A stretch of 64,000 bases of DNA from Octopus sinensis (taxonomy: Eukaryota). Positions 14,183 through 25,981 of the stretch are shown in pieces. Made by a program: the position numbers and the translations under genes. Position 1 is the stretch's first letter, and every line of letters starts with the position of its first letter. The DNA lies in contig NC_043002.1 in NCBI RefSeq assembly GCF_006345805.1, forward strand, positions 118,110,001 through 118,174,000, written 5' to 3'. The notes under the pieces were generated by a model. That model saw only the letters and a program-made list of their open reading frames with translations. It ran no database searches and was not told where the DNA came from.

Positions 14183-14430
14183 ACATGCATCTATATATTT
14201 CTATATGTATTTAAATAATCAACAGCAAATGACAAAATATGGTACCTAGGTCTACTTTGACACCAGGAGTAGTTGCAACTGGCAGGGCTCTAGCTATAGG
14301 TTAATTAGTATATAAATAAAAACCACTAGCAGTGAGGGAACCTTAACAGCTGTCACAGCAGACTTCTAGGAGCAGGACACTCTGATACAAAACTTGTGGT
14401 TTCATATTACACACCACCACCACCACCACC

Positions 14431-14476
<46 letters not shown>

Positions 14477-15119
14477 ATATTTAATGTGTATTTTCCATGC
14501 TAGCATGGGATGGATGGTTTAAAAGGAACTGGCAAGGCCAGAGGCTGACCAGGTTCCATAGTTTGTTTTGGCATGGTTTCTATGGCTGGATGCCCTTCCT
14601 AATGCCAACCACTCCACAAAATATACTGGGTGCTTTTTTATGTGACACCATCACCAGTGCTTTTTACATAGTACCAGCACCCACACTAATGCTTTTTATG
14701 AGACCCATTGGTTTTAGGATCTTAGTTCTAATGTGTTGGGTATGTCTTCTTGAGTACAGCAATGCACCACATATCTCGGCCCTCTGTCATCTCCTTTGTA
14801 AGGTTTAGTGTTTTGAGATCAGTTTATCTCAAACACTCAGAAAATGGTATTTGTGTTGTAGAAATATTTATCAATATAATCTAATGATGTACAGATGTCA
14901 TTTTATGGTGACATCATTTGTCATTTGTCATTCCACCAACTGAAATTCCTATGGTGATGGAAGAATGGTATTACATGCAAACCTAACCAGTTGGAAGCAC
15001 ACAGTTACAAAGTGATGGGATAGAACAGTCAACTGAAAGGTCAGGAAAGGAAAGTCAGAAATGCCATTGACAATGAGGAAGCACTAAAAAATAGCAGTCG
15101 TCTATGAAGATGTAGTACT

Positions 15120-15530
15120 TACTATGTATGTGTGTACATGAGTTTGTGCATATGTACACAGAGAGGTGTATACATACATACATACATACATACATACACA
15201 TGTACATATGTAAATATGTACACATGTATGTATGTATGTATGTATGTATGTATGTACATATGTATGTATGTATGTATGTATGTAATATGTGTGTATGTAT
15301 GTATGTATGTACATATGTATGTATGTGTGTATGTATGTATGTATGTATGTATGTATATATGTATGTATGTGTGTATGTATGTATGTATGTATGTATGTAC
15401 ATATGTATGTATGTATGTATGCATGCATGTGTGTATGTATGTATGCATGTATGTGTGTATGTATGTATGTATGTACATATGTATGTATGTGTGTATGTAT
15501 GTATGTATGTATGTATGTATGTATGTACAC

Positions 15531-15563
<33 letters not shown>

Positions 15564-15596
15564 TGTATGTACATATGTATGTATGTATGTATGTAC

Positions 15597-15631
<35 letters not shown>

Positions 15632-15652
15632 CATATGTATGTATGTATGTAC

Positions 15653-15687
<35 letters not shown>

Positions 15688-15790
15688 TGTGTGTATGTAT
15701 GTATGTATGTATGTGTGTATGTATGTATGTATGTATGTATGTGTGTATGTATGTACGTATGTATGTATGTATGTGTGTATATGTTCATGT
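15120..15790. repeat. Long (TATG)n / GTAT satellite
   Basis: Direct read. It produces the spurious YIHT/MYVC ORFs. Confidence 0.98.
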
Positions 15791-16059
15791 GTGCATCATC
15801 ATCATCATCATCATTTAATGTCCTCCTTCCATGTGTGTAAATGTATGTATATATATATATATGCATATGTGTATGTGTATAGATAAAATGTATGAAAGCT
15901 GATAGGAGAAGACAAGCTGCAAAAGAAAAGCAATCTATGGAGAGTTAGGGAGTCTGGAACTGTTGATCAGTTGGCCAATAAAATCAATAACCTTCTTCTT
16001 TGGCTTAAAAGTTGTTAGTGAGTCATTACGAGTTCCTGTGGCAACATTGCTCACAAAGG

Positions 16060-16513
16060 GTGTGTGTGTGTGTGTGTATGAGTCCATGTGTATATATATG
16101 TGTGTGTATGGATGGATGTGTGTGTGTTTGTGTCCATATGCATGAGTGTGTCTGCATCACATGCTTGTCTGAATAAGTTTACATTGTATGTGTGTCTGTA
16201 TCAGTATGTGTGTGTGTGTGTGTGTGTGTGTGCATGTTTATGTGTTTGTAGAAAGGGGTGCTGAAAGTTCCTGGCTTTGGGTAAAAGAAAATACAGGAGG
16301 ATCAGTTAATTATGATTGTATTCACCATATTCCCCTCTCAGATTCACACACTTATTACAGCGGTCCTTCAGTTTTTCTAAGCCCTGTAAAAGAACTTGGA
16401 AGTTCAGGCTGCTAACCAGGCCTTTTGTAATATCCTTAAAACCAAGAACTTTTCAACACCCCACCCCCATATATGCATGCATATGTGTATGTATGTGTGT
16501 ACCAGCATGCCAG

Positions 16514-16547
<34 letters not shown>

Positions 16548-17001
16548 AGTCCATGTGTATATATATGTGTGTGTATGGATGGATGTGTGTGTGTTTGTGT
16601 CCATATGCATGAGTGTGTCTGCATCACATGCTTGTCTGAATAAGTTTACATTGTATGTGTGTCTGTATCAGTATGTGTGTGTGTGTGTGTGTGTGTGCAT
16701 GTTTATGTGTTTGTAGAAAGGGGTGCTGAAAGTTCCTGGCTTTGGGTAAAAGAAAATACAGGAGGATCAGTTAATTATGATTGTATTCACCATATTCCCC
16801 TCTCAGATTCACACACTTATTACAGCGGTCCTTCAGTTTTTCTAAGCCCTGTAAAAGAACTTGGAAGTTCAGGCTGCTAACCAGGCCTTTTGTAATATCC
16901 TTAAAACCAAGAACTTTTCAACACCCCACCCCCATATATGCATGCATATGTGTATGTATGTGTGTACCAGCATGCCAGCATGTGTGTGTGTGTGTGTGTG
17001 T
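16060..17001. repeat. Tandem duplication, about 465-467-bp unit, bounded by (GT)n
   Basis: atgagtccatg begins at 16078 and 16545. ORFs 16316 and 16781 share a long identical translation. Confidence 0.95.
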
Positions 17002-17002
17002 G

Positions 17003-17380
17003 AGTGGCTGTGTGGTAAGTAGCTTGCTAACCAACCACATGGTTCTGGGCAAGTGTCTTCTGCTATAGCCCCGGGCCGACCAATGCCTTGTGACTGGATT
17101 TGGTAGACGGAAACTGAAAGAAGCCTATCGTATATATGTGTATATATATATATATATGTGTGTGTTTGTGTGTCTGTATTTGTCCCCCTAGCATCGCTTG
17201 ACAACCGATGCTTGTGTGTTTACGTCCCCGTCACTTAGCGGTTCGGCAAAAAAGAGACCGATAGAATAAGTACTGGGCTTACAAAGAATAAGTCCCGGGG
17301 TCGAGTTGCTCGATTAAAGGTGGTGCTCCAGCATGGCCGCAGTCAAATGACTGAAAACAAGTAAAAGAGTAAAAGAGTAT
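17003..17380 (+). mobile_element. SINE family A, near full length
   Basis: Head gagtggctgtgtggtaag, internal microsatellite, tail aagtaaaagagtaaaagag. Confidence 0.88.
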
Positions 17381-18375
17381 ATATATGCATTTCATTACAT
17401 ATGCTTGTGTGATTTTATGTGTATATCTATACACGTGTATGTGTGTATCTGTATCAGTATGGATGTGCATGCATATTTGTGTGTTTGTATGTATGTGAGT
17501 ATGTGTGTGTGTTTATGAGTAGGTTTGTGTGTCTGCATATGTACATCTGTGTGTGTGTATGTCTGTATGTGTGAAATTGTGTGTGTGTGAGTGTGCATGT
17601 CCAGCTTCCACTGTAATGTCAAATGACTCATCCCTTATGAGGAGTAAAAAAACAAAAACAAAACAGGAACAACAACAACAGCAATAACAAAAAGTAAATC
17701 GAATCACCATCAGCAACAGGCAGCATCTATGAGTCAACCAGCATCCTGCTTCTTGCTATGAAGAAGGTGTCATCAATACACATACACGTGTTGCCCCCAC
17801 CTCTCTCACCAACTACTGCATAACTACATAGATTTTAACAGGGCAAAACAAGCATGCTTGTTTAAACCACACTGACTCACATTCATAAGCATTCGTTTTT
17901 CACACCCTTTCAATAAAGATGGAGTTATTTATTATAAACAACACACATACTAATAATGAAGTGTAGAAATCATCATTCCTGTTATATAATATTGATTTCT
18001 TTTGACCAGACACGAGACCAAATTCTGCAGAATAATGGCAAGAATTGAGCCCAGGATATTATCAGTTCTATATGGTGAAGTGCTGTGGCACAGACAGGGG
18101 AGTACTATTCTAAATGCTTATGTCAGTAAAATATATTGAGTGTAAATCCTATTATAGTTTCGTCTACTCTATATTGATAGAAAACTAGATATATGCATCA
18201 AACCTGTTTGAAGTCAGTTAATTTTGAATCTACATCTACAGTTGTTTTACATTGTACTTATATAAGGAATTATTATTACCTGATGCATAGATACATAGGC
18301 AGACACATAAATACATACACACACACATACACATATTTATGTATGTGTGTGTGTGTACCTAAAGAGAGAGACAGG

Positions 18376-18407
<32 letters not shown>

Positions 18408-18719
18408 AGCAGTCAGAGACAGGGATAGAGAATGAGTGGGAGAGAGAAACAGAGAGAAAGGAGGAGGAGGAAAGAGAGAGAGAGAGAGTTGGAGATAGTG
18501 AAATATATTGCAATTGATGACCTTTTCCATACCCAAAGTTGGGTTTGGTATTCTATATTCTATCTCATTTAAATTTAGGATTTTCCAAATTTTCCTGTGG
18601 GCCGCTATCGCATTCTGGCTCATTTAATTAGCTGAACTACATTTCTATAGATATAGACAGACATACCGATAGATGCTCACACTCACACACACACACACAC
18701 ACACAATCAAAATCGAAAT

Positions 18720-19060
18720 CAATCAGCATCAATGGAAATTGTAGCTGTGATACCAGTGCTGGTGGCACGTAAGCGAACCATCCAAACGTGGCCATTGCCA
18801 GTGCCGCCCCGATGGGACTCCGTGCCGGTGGCACGTAAAAAGCACCATCCAATCGTGGCCATTTCCAGCCTCGCCTGGCATGTAAAAAGCACCCACTACA
18901 CTCACGGAGTGGTTGGCGTTAGGAAGGGCATCCAGCTGTAGAAACATTGCCAGATCAGACTGGGCCTGGTGCAGCCTTCCGGCTTCCCAGACCCCAGTTG
19001 AACCGTCCAACCTATGCTAGCATGGAAAGCGGATGCTAAATGATGATGAGGATGATGATA
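18720..19060 (+). mobile_element. RTE LINE 3' UTR fragment with (GAT)n tail
   Basis: Matches the 3' UTR of the 27925-30168 RTE (aaaagcacccactacactcacggagtggttggcgttaggaagggcatccagctg...gatgatg). Confidence 0.88.
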
Positions 19061-19329
19061 TATATATAATAATTATTTGAGGAAATATAAATCCAAACTT
19101 ACAGGGAAAAAAATTCAATTTAGAAATACTAAATCAAATTTCACACAATGTAATATATATATATATAAAATTAGAAAAAAACCACCTTTTATCAATTCAA
19201 AATGAACAATTAAATTACACCATCTAGAAAATTACATATAATAGAAATATTAAAATTAAAATAACAATAAGATATCAATGATTAAGTAAATTGCAAAAAA
19301 AATAATAAAAACGTATATAATTAGTAGAA

Positions 19330-19418
19330 TAACGACACATGCTTCGTGGCTATATTTAAGAAATGATTATAGTAGTAGTAAAATCACTTCGATATGAATA
19401 TAGCCACTCATCAGGTTA
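19330..19418 (-). ncRNA. Type I hammerhead ribozyme, GAAG variant (A15.1G)
   Basis: TAAC CTGATGA GTGGCTATATT [40 nt] AATATAGCCAC GAAG CATGT GTC^ GTTA. Perfect 11-bp stem II. Confidence 0.7.
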
Positions 19419-20228
19419 AAAATAAACTAGAATAATAAAATAATTAATTAATAAATATACTTTAATATATATATATATATAAAATACTAAATATACATTA
19501 AGTGAAAACTAAAACAATACTTAAATTATTAAATACTTTAAAATTAATTAAAATACACAATGCTAGTACAAGTCATTAAATTGTAATCAAAATAAGAAAT
19601 GGTTCAAATATAGACGAACTCATAAATAAGCTAACTATATAATTAATATACATGTGTAGTATCTATAGATTTAATATATCAATCTATAACATAGTTGACT
19701 AAATATCAATTAATATAATACCTAATTAACTTAAAATTTAATATTACATAATAAATATGCCACCTAATAATTAAATAATATATTGTCTAATGAAATTAAT
19801 TCTCAACTTAAATTAAATGTAATACGCTAGATCCCTGTTTGGCTTAACAGCCCTCATTGTCTGTGTTACTGGTATTCTCCTGGTCCTGTCTTTTACTGTT
19901 TATAATTTGTACTGTCTTTACTGTCCTGTCTCAAATCTTATTTTATTTGTTTTTTGCGGGAAGGAATGTTTCAATGAAGTCGTGTCTCGCCTTGACCTTC
20001 AAAACGCAGAGTAGATGAAACAGAGGCAACTGAAGAAGGGGAATTTTCCTTGTTTTTCGTTGTTTAAGAAAAATGCCCATTTACTTGGTTTTGTGTTTAT
20101 GTTTTCGTTTCTCATTATGTTCGACGTTTTTTTGGTGTCCTGTACCCATATATGCATGTACCTACATGTAGATGTAGGTACGTACATATATGTATGTATA
20201 TATGCATATGTTTTATTTATTAATTTGT

Positions 20229-20254
<26 letters not shown>

Positions 20255-20259
<5 letters not shown>

Positions 20260-20382
20260 AGTTACGATAGATATTAATTCTTATATCTATTTATTTAGTT
20301 TTTTTTTTAAATATATATATATATATATTTTTAAAAAACTAAATAAATAGATATAAGAATTAATATCTATCATAACTTATAT
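20255..20382. repeat. Near-perfect palindrome centred on (AT)n
   Basis: gttacgatagatattaattcttatatctatttatttagtttttt pairs with aaaaaactaaataaatagatataagaattaatatctatcataac, with one mismatch in this segment. Confidence 0.92.
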
Positions 20383-20771
20383 CTATCAATATATATAAAA
20401 ATGATATAATGGTGAGAATTATTTGTTAATTGAAAGTAAGAAAAAATTTTCAGCCCCCAAATTAAAGAAAGATGCAAAAATATTAGAATCAAGGAACAAT
20501 ACCCTATGAAGATTTACAATCACGATCACCAGTCCTCTACAAAACCAGTCAATAACAATAATAATAAGAAGAAGATCTAAATAATATTGATAAACAAACT
20601 AAGTTTCTAAGTTCAACGATTAAATTAATCCATCTGGATTTTAAATGTATTAATATGTTTTAGCATTTAATTAATATACCTAATACTATTTCTAGTCATG
20701 AATAATACAATCAAAAATTGGAAATAGTTCAAATATACACAAATCCATAATATAAACTAATTATATTAATA

Positions 20772-21155
20772 TCTATACTCTTTTACTCTTTTACTTGTTT
20801 CAGTCATTTGACTGCGGACATGCTGGAGCACCGCCTTTAATCGAGCAACTCGACCCCGGGACTTATTCTTTGTAAACCCAGTACTTATTCTATCGGTCTC
20901 TTTTTGCCGAACCGCTAAGTGACAGGGACATAAACACACCAGCATCGGTTGTCAAGCAATGCTAGGGGAACAAACACAGACACACACGCATACACACACA
21001 TACATATATATATACATATATCCGACAGGCTTCTTTCAGTTTCCGTCTACCAAATCCACTCACAAGGCATTGGTCGGCCCGAGGCTATAGCAGAAGACAC
21101 TTGCCCAAGATGCCACGCAGTGGGACTGAACCCGGAACCATGTGGTTGGTAAGCA
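20772..21155 (-). mobile_element. SINE family A, inverted relative to 17003-17380
   Basis: The reverse complement aligns along the whole length and shares diagnostic bases (tcccggggtcgagttgctcgattaaagg). Confidence 0.88.
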
Positions 21156-23066
21156 ATTAATATATCACACAATAAAAAAGTTAAACATAAAATTGATATT
21201 AAAATAAAAACTAGTTTACTTAAATATAATACTACTAAATAAAAATATTATCTCATTATTAAAAGAAATATAGTCTAAAATTAAATAATATGTAAAACGT
21301 TAAATTCCTATATAAAAATTAAAAGATATCATATCCAATATCGAACGTAAAAAATTACTATCAAGAAATTATAAATAAATAATAATCTGATCTGGCAAGG
21401 TTTCTACAGCTGGATGCCTTCCTAACACCAACCACTTTGGGAGTGTAGTGGGTGCTTTTTACATGTCACTGGCACGGGAGCCAGTCAGGAGGCATGTTTG
21501 GATGATGCTTTTTATGTGCCACCAACAGAGGGAGCCAGTCAAATGGCACTGACATTGACCCACACATGAATGGTGCTTATTGCATGCCACCAGCAGAGGG
21601 AGCCAGTCAGGCAGCACTGGCATCAACCCATGTATGAATGGTGCCTATTGCATGTCACCAGCAAGGGAGCCAGTCAGGTGGCACTGGCATCAGCCACAAC
21701 TACAATTTCTATTTTGATTTCAATTTGATTGAAATTCGGATTGTGATTTTGAATTTTATTTTACTTGACTCAATAGGTCTCAAGCATGGTGTGTTGCCCA
21801 ACGATTCAAAGGTACTTTTTAAATGGGCTGGTTATGTGACACTGGTATAGGCTATGGCTGTGATCTCACTTTACTTGCTGGGTCTTCTCAATCAAAGCAT
21901 ATCCCCAGAGGTCTCAGTCTTTTGTCATTGCCTCTGTGAGGCCCAGTGCCAGAAGGTCATGCTTCACCACCTCATCCCATGTCTTCCTGGGTCTCCCTCT
22001 TCCACGGGTTCATTCCACTGTTGTAATCATATAATAGAATTTGAACATATTTCATCCCCTTTTGTGCTACTAGTTACCTCGCCTTCTTGAAGAAGCATTT
22101 CCTTTTAAAAATGATCCCTCATTCTCACAATTATCCCTTCCCTCTTTATTTCCCATCAAATAACTAGTTGTCTTTGCCTTTTATCTGAGCAACACCTTAA
22201 GACTGTCATACCTCAACTTTAATGCCCTTTCACCATCAACACTGCTCACTTTGTTCCCACTCATTATAGCCACCCCTACATACTTCTGACTTTAACTGTA
22301 TATCTCTCTTTCTCCTCACTCTCCCATCTTGTGCATCATCTCCCTATTTTCTGATCTACCTTCAGATTTGTTATATACTGTTGCTCTTTACCCTTCTAGT
22401 ACTGTCATTTATCACCTGCTCCTTCCTGAGCACCCTCTTTTTCTTTCACCTTCTTCCATACCCATATTTACCACTTACTACTCATTCATCCTTGTTTATT
22501 ATTCAGCTCTATCCCCATCTCTGATCACATGTCACTCTCCTCTTACACTCTAATGAACCCTTCCTGATCCTCTGTCTATATTCTTCTTCATAACCTCCTT
22601 TTTACACCTTGGGAGTACCCTGACAGTTTATTACCACCATCTCTATCTTTTTTACAAGTACTCCCATCTATCCTTGTATAATCCGAGGTAGCCATGAAAT
22701 GTACTCTTTAGCAAGATACCTGTACTTGTCCCTCTATCATTCTTTAGCCTCTCACCACCTGGCAAAAAGTTACCTTCTTATCTGCTACTATCCTACTTAG
22801 TCAAGGGGGATTTTTCTTTGTCTTGTGAGTTGCATGTTGACTTCAGAAATATATGCCCCACAAAAATGCACCGAGTACATTCTGTAAAAGGGTTGGCATT
22901 AGGAAGGGTATCCAGCCATTGAAACCTTACTAAACAGACATTGGAGCTTGATGCAGTCCTCTAGCTCATTGGATAACAACATGATGTTAAATGATGATGA
23001 CAATAGCGACAATACATCATCATCATCATCATCATTATCACTCCCACCCCCACCACCACCACCACT

Positions 23067-23098
<32 letters not shown>

Positions 23099-23619
23099 TA
23101 TCCTCCTCCTCATCATCATCATCATTATCACCCCCACCCCCACCACCACCACCACTATCATCATCATCATCATCATCTTTTAAGGTCCCATATGGGCATG
23201 GGTTGGACAGTTTGACAGGATCCTACATGTCTGAGGACTGCATCATGTTACAATCAGCAGCTGTAGAAGCACTCTGAACATTTTCTAATCCATTCTTACT
23301 TTGGCTACTATACTTTCATGGCAATCACCTCCCTTGCAAATTATGTATCCTTGGTAACAGAAGCTAACAATCACTTTTTGTGAGCAATCTGGGTATTTAA
23401 GAGAATCTACTTCCAGTTTGCTTTTAGTATGCATTGCTCAAGTGCATCTATTATACACAATGCTTACTTTCTCTGTTAGTCTGTCTGTGATTCCACTACA
23501 TCTCTTATGTGTCTCTATTTTATATTTGCTACATCATATCGAGTTTATACATACTCCTTTTCTGTATGTTGAGCAAACTGCTGTCTTCTTTTCCTACATC
23601 ATTATTAAGTTTATCATGA

Positions 23620-24040
23620 GGTCTCTCAATTTAGCTTCCAAGCCTGGAACTTCTTTTCTAATCTCGCTATAGATTCAGTTATGAGAACTAGATTATCATA
23701 ATATAGGAGTCTTAAACTCCTCTGTGATGGTAGACTAAGGACTGGGCCTTGACAACTACCACTAAATTTGTCACTGAAAATGTTGTTCACTCTCATTTTA
23801 CATGCAGTATCTTTGCATATAGTTTGCACAATTCTCTCACAAGCCATTCATCTACACCTAGTTTTCTCTTTGACCGCAAAATTACTGAAAGTGGTACCCT
23901 GTCAAATGCCTTCGCCAAGTCAGTGAATGCCAAGAATAGTGGCTTGCATTTAGCCAAGTATTTTTCCTGCAGTCGCCTTCCTAGGAAGGTTGTAATTCTT
24001 TTGGGTATGAAGCCATAGTGCTTTTCATCTAGGTATAAAT
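23620..24040 (-). pseudogene. Old RTE reverse transcriptase fragment
   Basis: RLQEKYLAKCKPLFLAFTDLAKAFDRVP, and LVLITESIARLEKKFQAWK in ORF 23626-23847. Confidence 0.8.
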
Positions 24041-24769
24041 TGTAAACAATTGATACTATTTAAAAAGTGAAAGTAGAAAAAGATCCTGTTTGCTTATTGA
24101 GGAAAAAGCAATGAATTAACTGCTTTCCTCTTCCCTTCAAGCAAAGAGTATGAAAGAAAAACACAAACGACTACGAAGTCAATTAGAGAAAGACAGAGGA
24201 AAGCAGAATTTTTTCTGCTGGATTTCAATCATTGTTAGGAAAAGCAATGGTGTTATTTTCTTCATATTCTATTATTCTCTTTGAAAAATGGGTGAAAAGG
24301 AGAGACAAAAGAAAAGACTGGGAGGTCAAAGACAGAGAAAAGCAGAAATTTTACAATTGCCTTCCAGCCACAGCCAACAGCCACATTCTCAATATATTTT
24401 CTTCTGAATTGCTGATGTTTTTTTCTGCCCTGTGCTGAAAAGATCAAAAACTTGTCTATTGAAAGGACTTAAAGCTTTCCTCGTAGTCAGACAGATTTAG
24501 TCTAGAGATTGGTGTTTAGTCAATTTGCATGTTTGTTTTATTGCTGATTCTGGTTTATTTTGTATGATTACTCAGTACTGAAGAGTATATATTTTATCCT
24601 TTACCTTTTACTTGTTTCAGTCATTAGACTGCAGCCATGCTGGGGCATTGCCTTGATGAATTGACCCTAGTTTTTTCTATGCTATCAGTCTCATGCCAAA
24701 CTGCTAAGTTATGTAAACACACCAAAACCGGCTGTCGAGCAGCAGTGGAGGACAAACACAGACATGAAG

Positions 24770-24800
<31 letters not shown>

Positions 24801-24859
24801 AATTGGGCTTCCTTCAGTTTCTTATTTCTTTATTGCCCACAAGGGCTTCCTTCAGTTTC

Positions 24860-25420
24860 TGTCCTGTTTCTCATGTGTGTCAGCTTGTCAGCATTAGAAC
24901 ATATGTACAACTACTGACTACTGTGATTTGCACAATTTGATTACAACTTTGTCAAAACACAAAAATCTCAGAACCATTTGAATTCCGTAAATGCTCTGAA
25001 AACCATTGGCTGACAAAGAATTGATTCAGCGATAGATCACTGGATAACAGCTTTGATTCAGTTCTATAATACATCGGTAGAGAAAAATCATGATATATTG
25101 AAATATTCATTGTATTGAAATTTTGGCTTATCAAGAATTACCATTTGAAGGGTATGATCAAACAGAAGAATCATATACTAAGAGTAATTTTCTGACTATA
25201 TGTGAAGCAGTAGAAGAATACAATGATTGTTTAAGATTGCACTTAGATTTCATAAGGAAAAATTCCAACTGCACATTTTCAGGACTTTCAAGTAATATTC
25301 AAAATGAGATCATTAATTATATAGCTCTTACAATTGAAGGTAAAATTAAGACAATGATTGAAAAAAAAGAAAACTATTTGTTGATGTTACGTTTGATGAG
25401 ACTGCAGATCTTTGATTCTT
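24860..25420 (+). pseudogene. hAT-superfamily (ZMYM1-like) transposase fragment
   Basis: GYDQTEESYTKSNFLTICEAV...HLDF...TFSGLSSNIQNEII resembles the LAFRGHDE..GNF..S..IQNELI motif of this family. Confidence 0.7.
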
Positions 25421-25704
25421 CAGAAGTTGCAAAAATCCATATAGGCAGTATTGAAGGGGCAATCAATCAATCAATTAACCTACCTGGTGTAGCCACTCGG
25501 CTTGCCAGTCCTCAGCCTAACTTATGCCAGCATGGAAAGCGGATGTTAAATGATGATGATGAAGACAATGATTTCGCTTTGACTTAACTGTGTGTCAATA
25601 TAATGAGCCATATCTTGCATTTTGTATCAATCCACATAGATACATCAAGCATTTGAAGATATAGAAACTTTAAAACTGTTACAATAACTAAACTTTATTT
25701 TTAT

Positions 25705-25981
25705 TGCAGCATGGAAGGTGTTTATATGTAATTTAAAAACACACAAAATCTGTTAGATTCACTTCAACATTTAAATTTAATTTGCCAAAATATTTTCGTT
25801 GCACAACCTGATCACAGACAAAATTTTGTGCTGTATCAGATGGAGTACGGAATTTTGCCAGTAATCAGGTTGCACTCTCAAAGTGATGAAAATATTTTGG
25901 CAAATTAAATTTAAATGGTGAAGTGAATCTAAAGGTTTTTTGTGATTTTAAATGGCTTATAAATACTTTCCACACTGCAAT
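25705..25981. mobile_element. MITE-like fold-back element; each arm carries a hammerhead-like motif with a G3:C8 core
   Basis: Arms of about 100 bp are reverse complements. Motifs at 25782-25821 (-) and 25855-25903 (+). Confidence 0.75.

Noticed and set aside
13641-15886. Long ORFs (HT/YI/CV/MYVC repeats, up to 254 aa)
   Set aside because: Translations of dinucleotide and tetranucleotide microsatellites.
19960-20060. HHR-like pieces (caatgaagtc...ccttcaaaacgcagagta; ctgaagaagggg)
   Set aside because: Could not be folded with a 7-nt core and proper stem I. May be a PLE terminus but unsupported.
22948-23277. Poly-His/Ser/Pro ORFs
   Set aside because: (CAT)n/(CAC)n compound microsatellite between two RTE tails.
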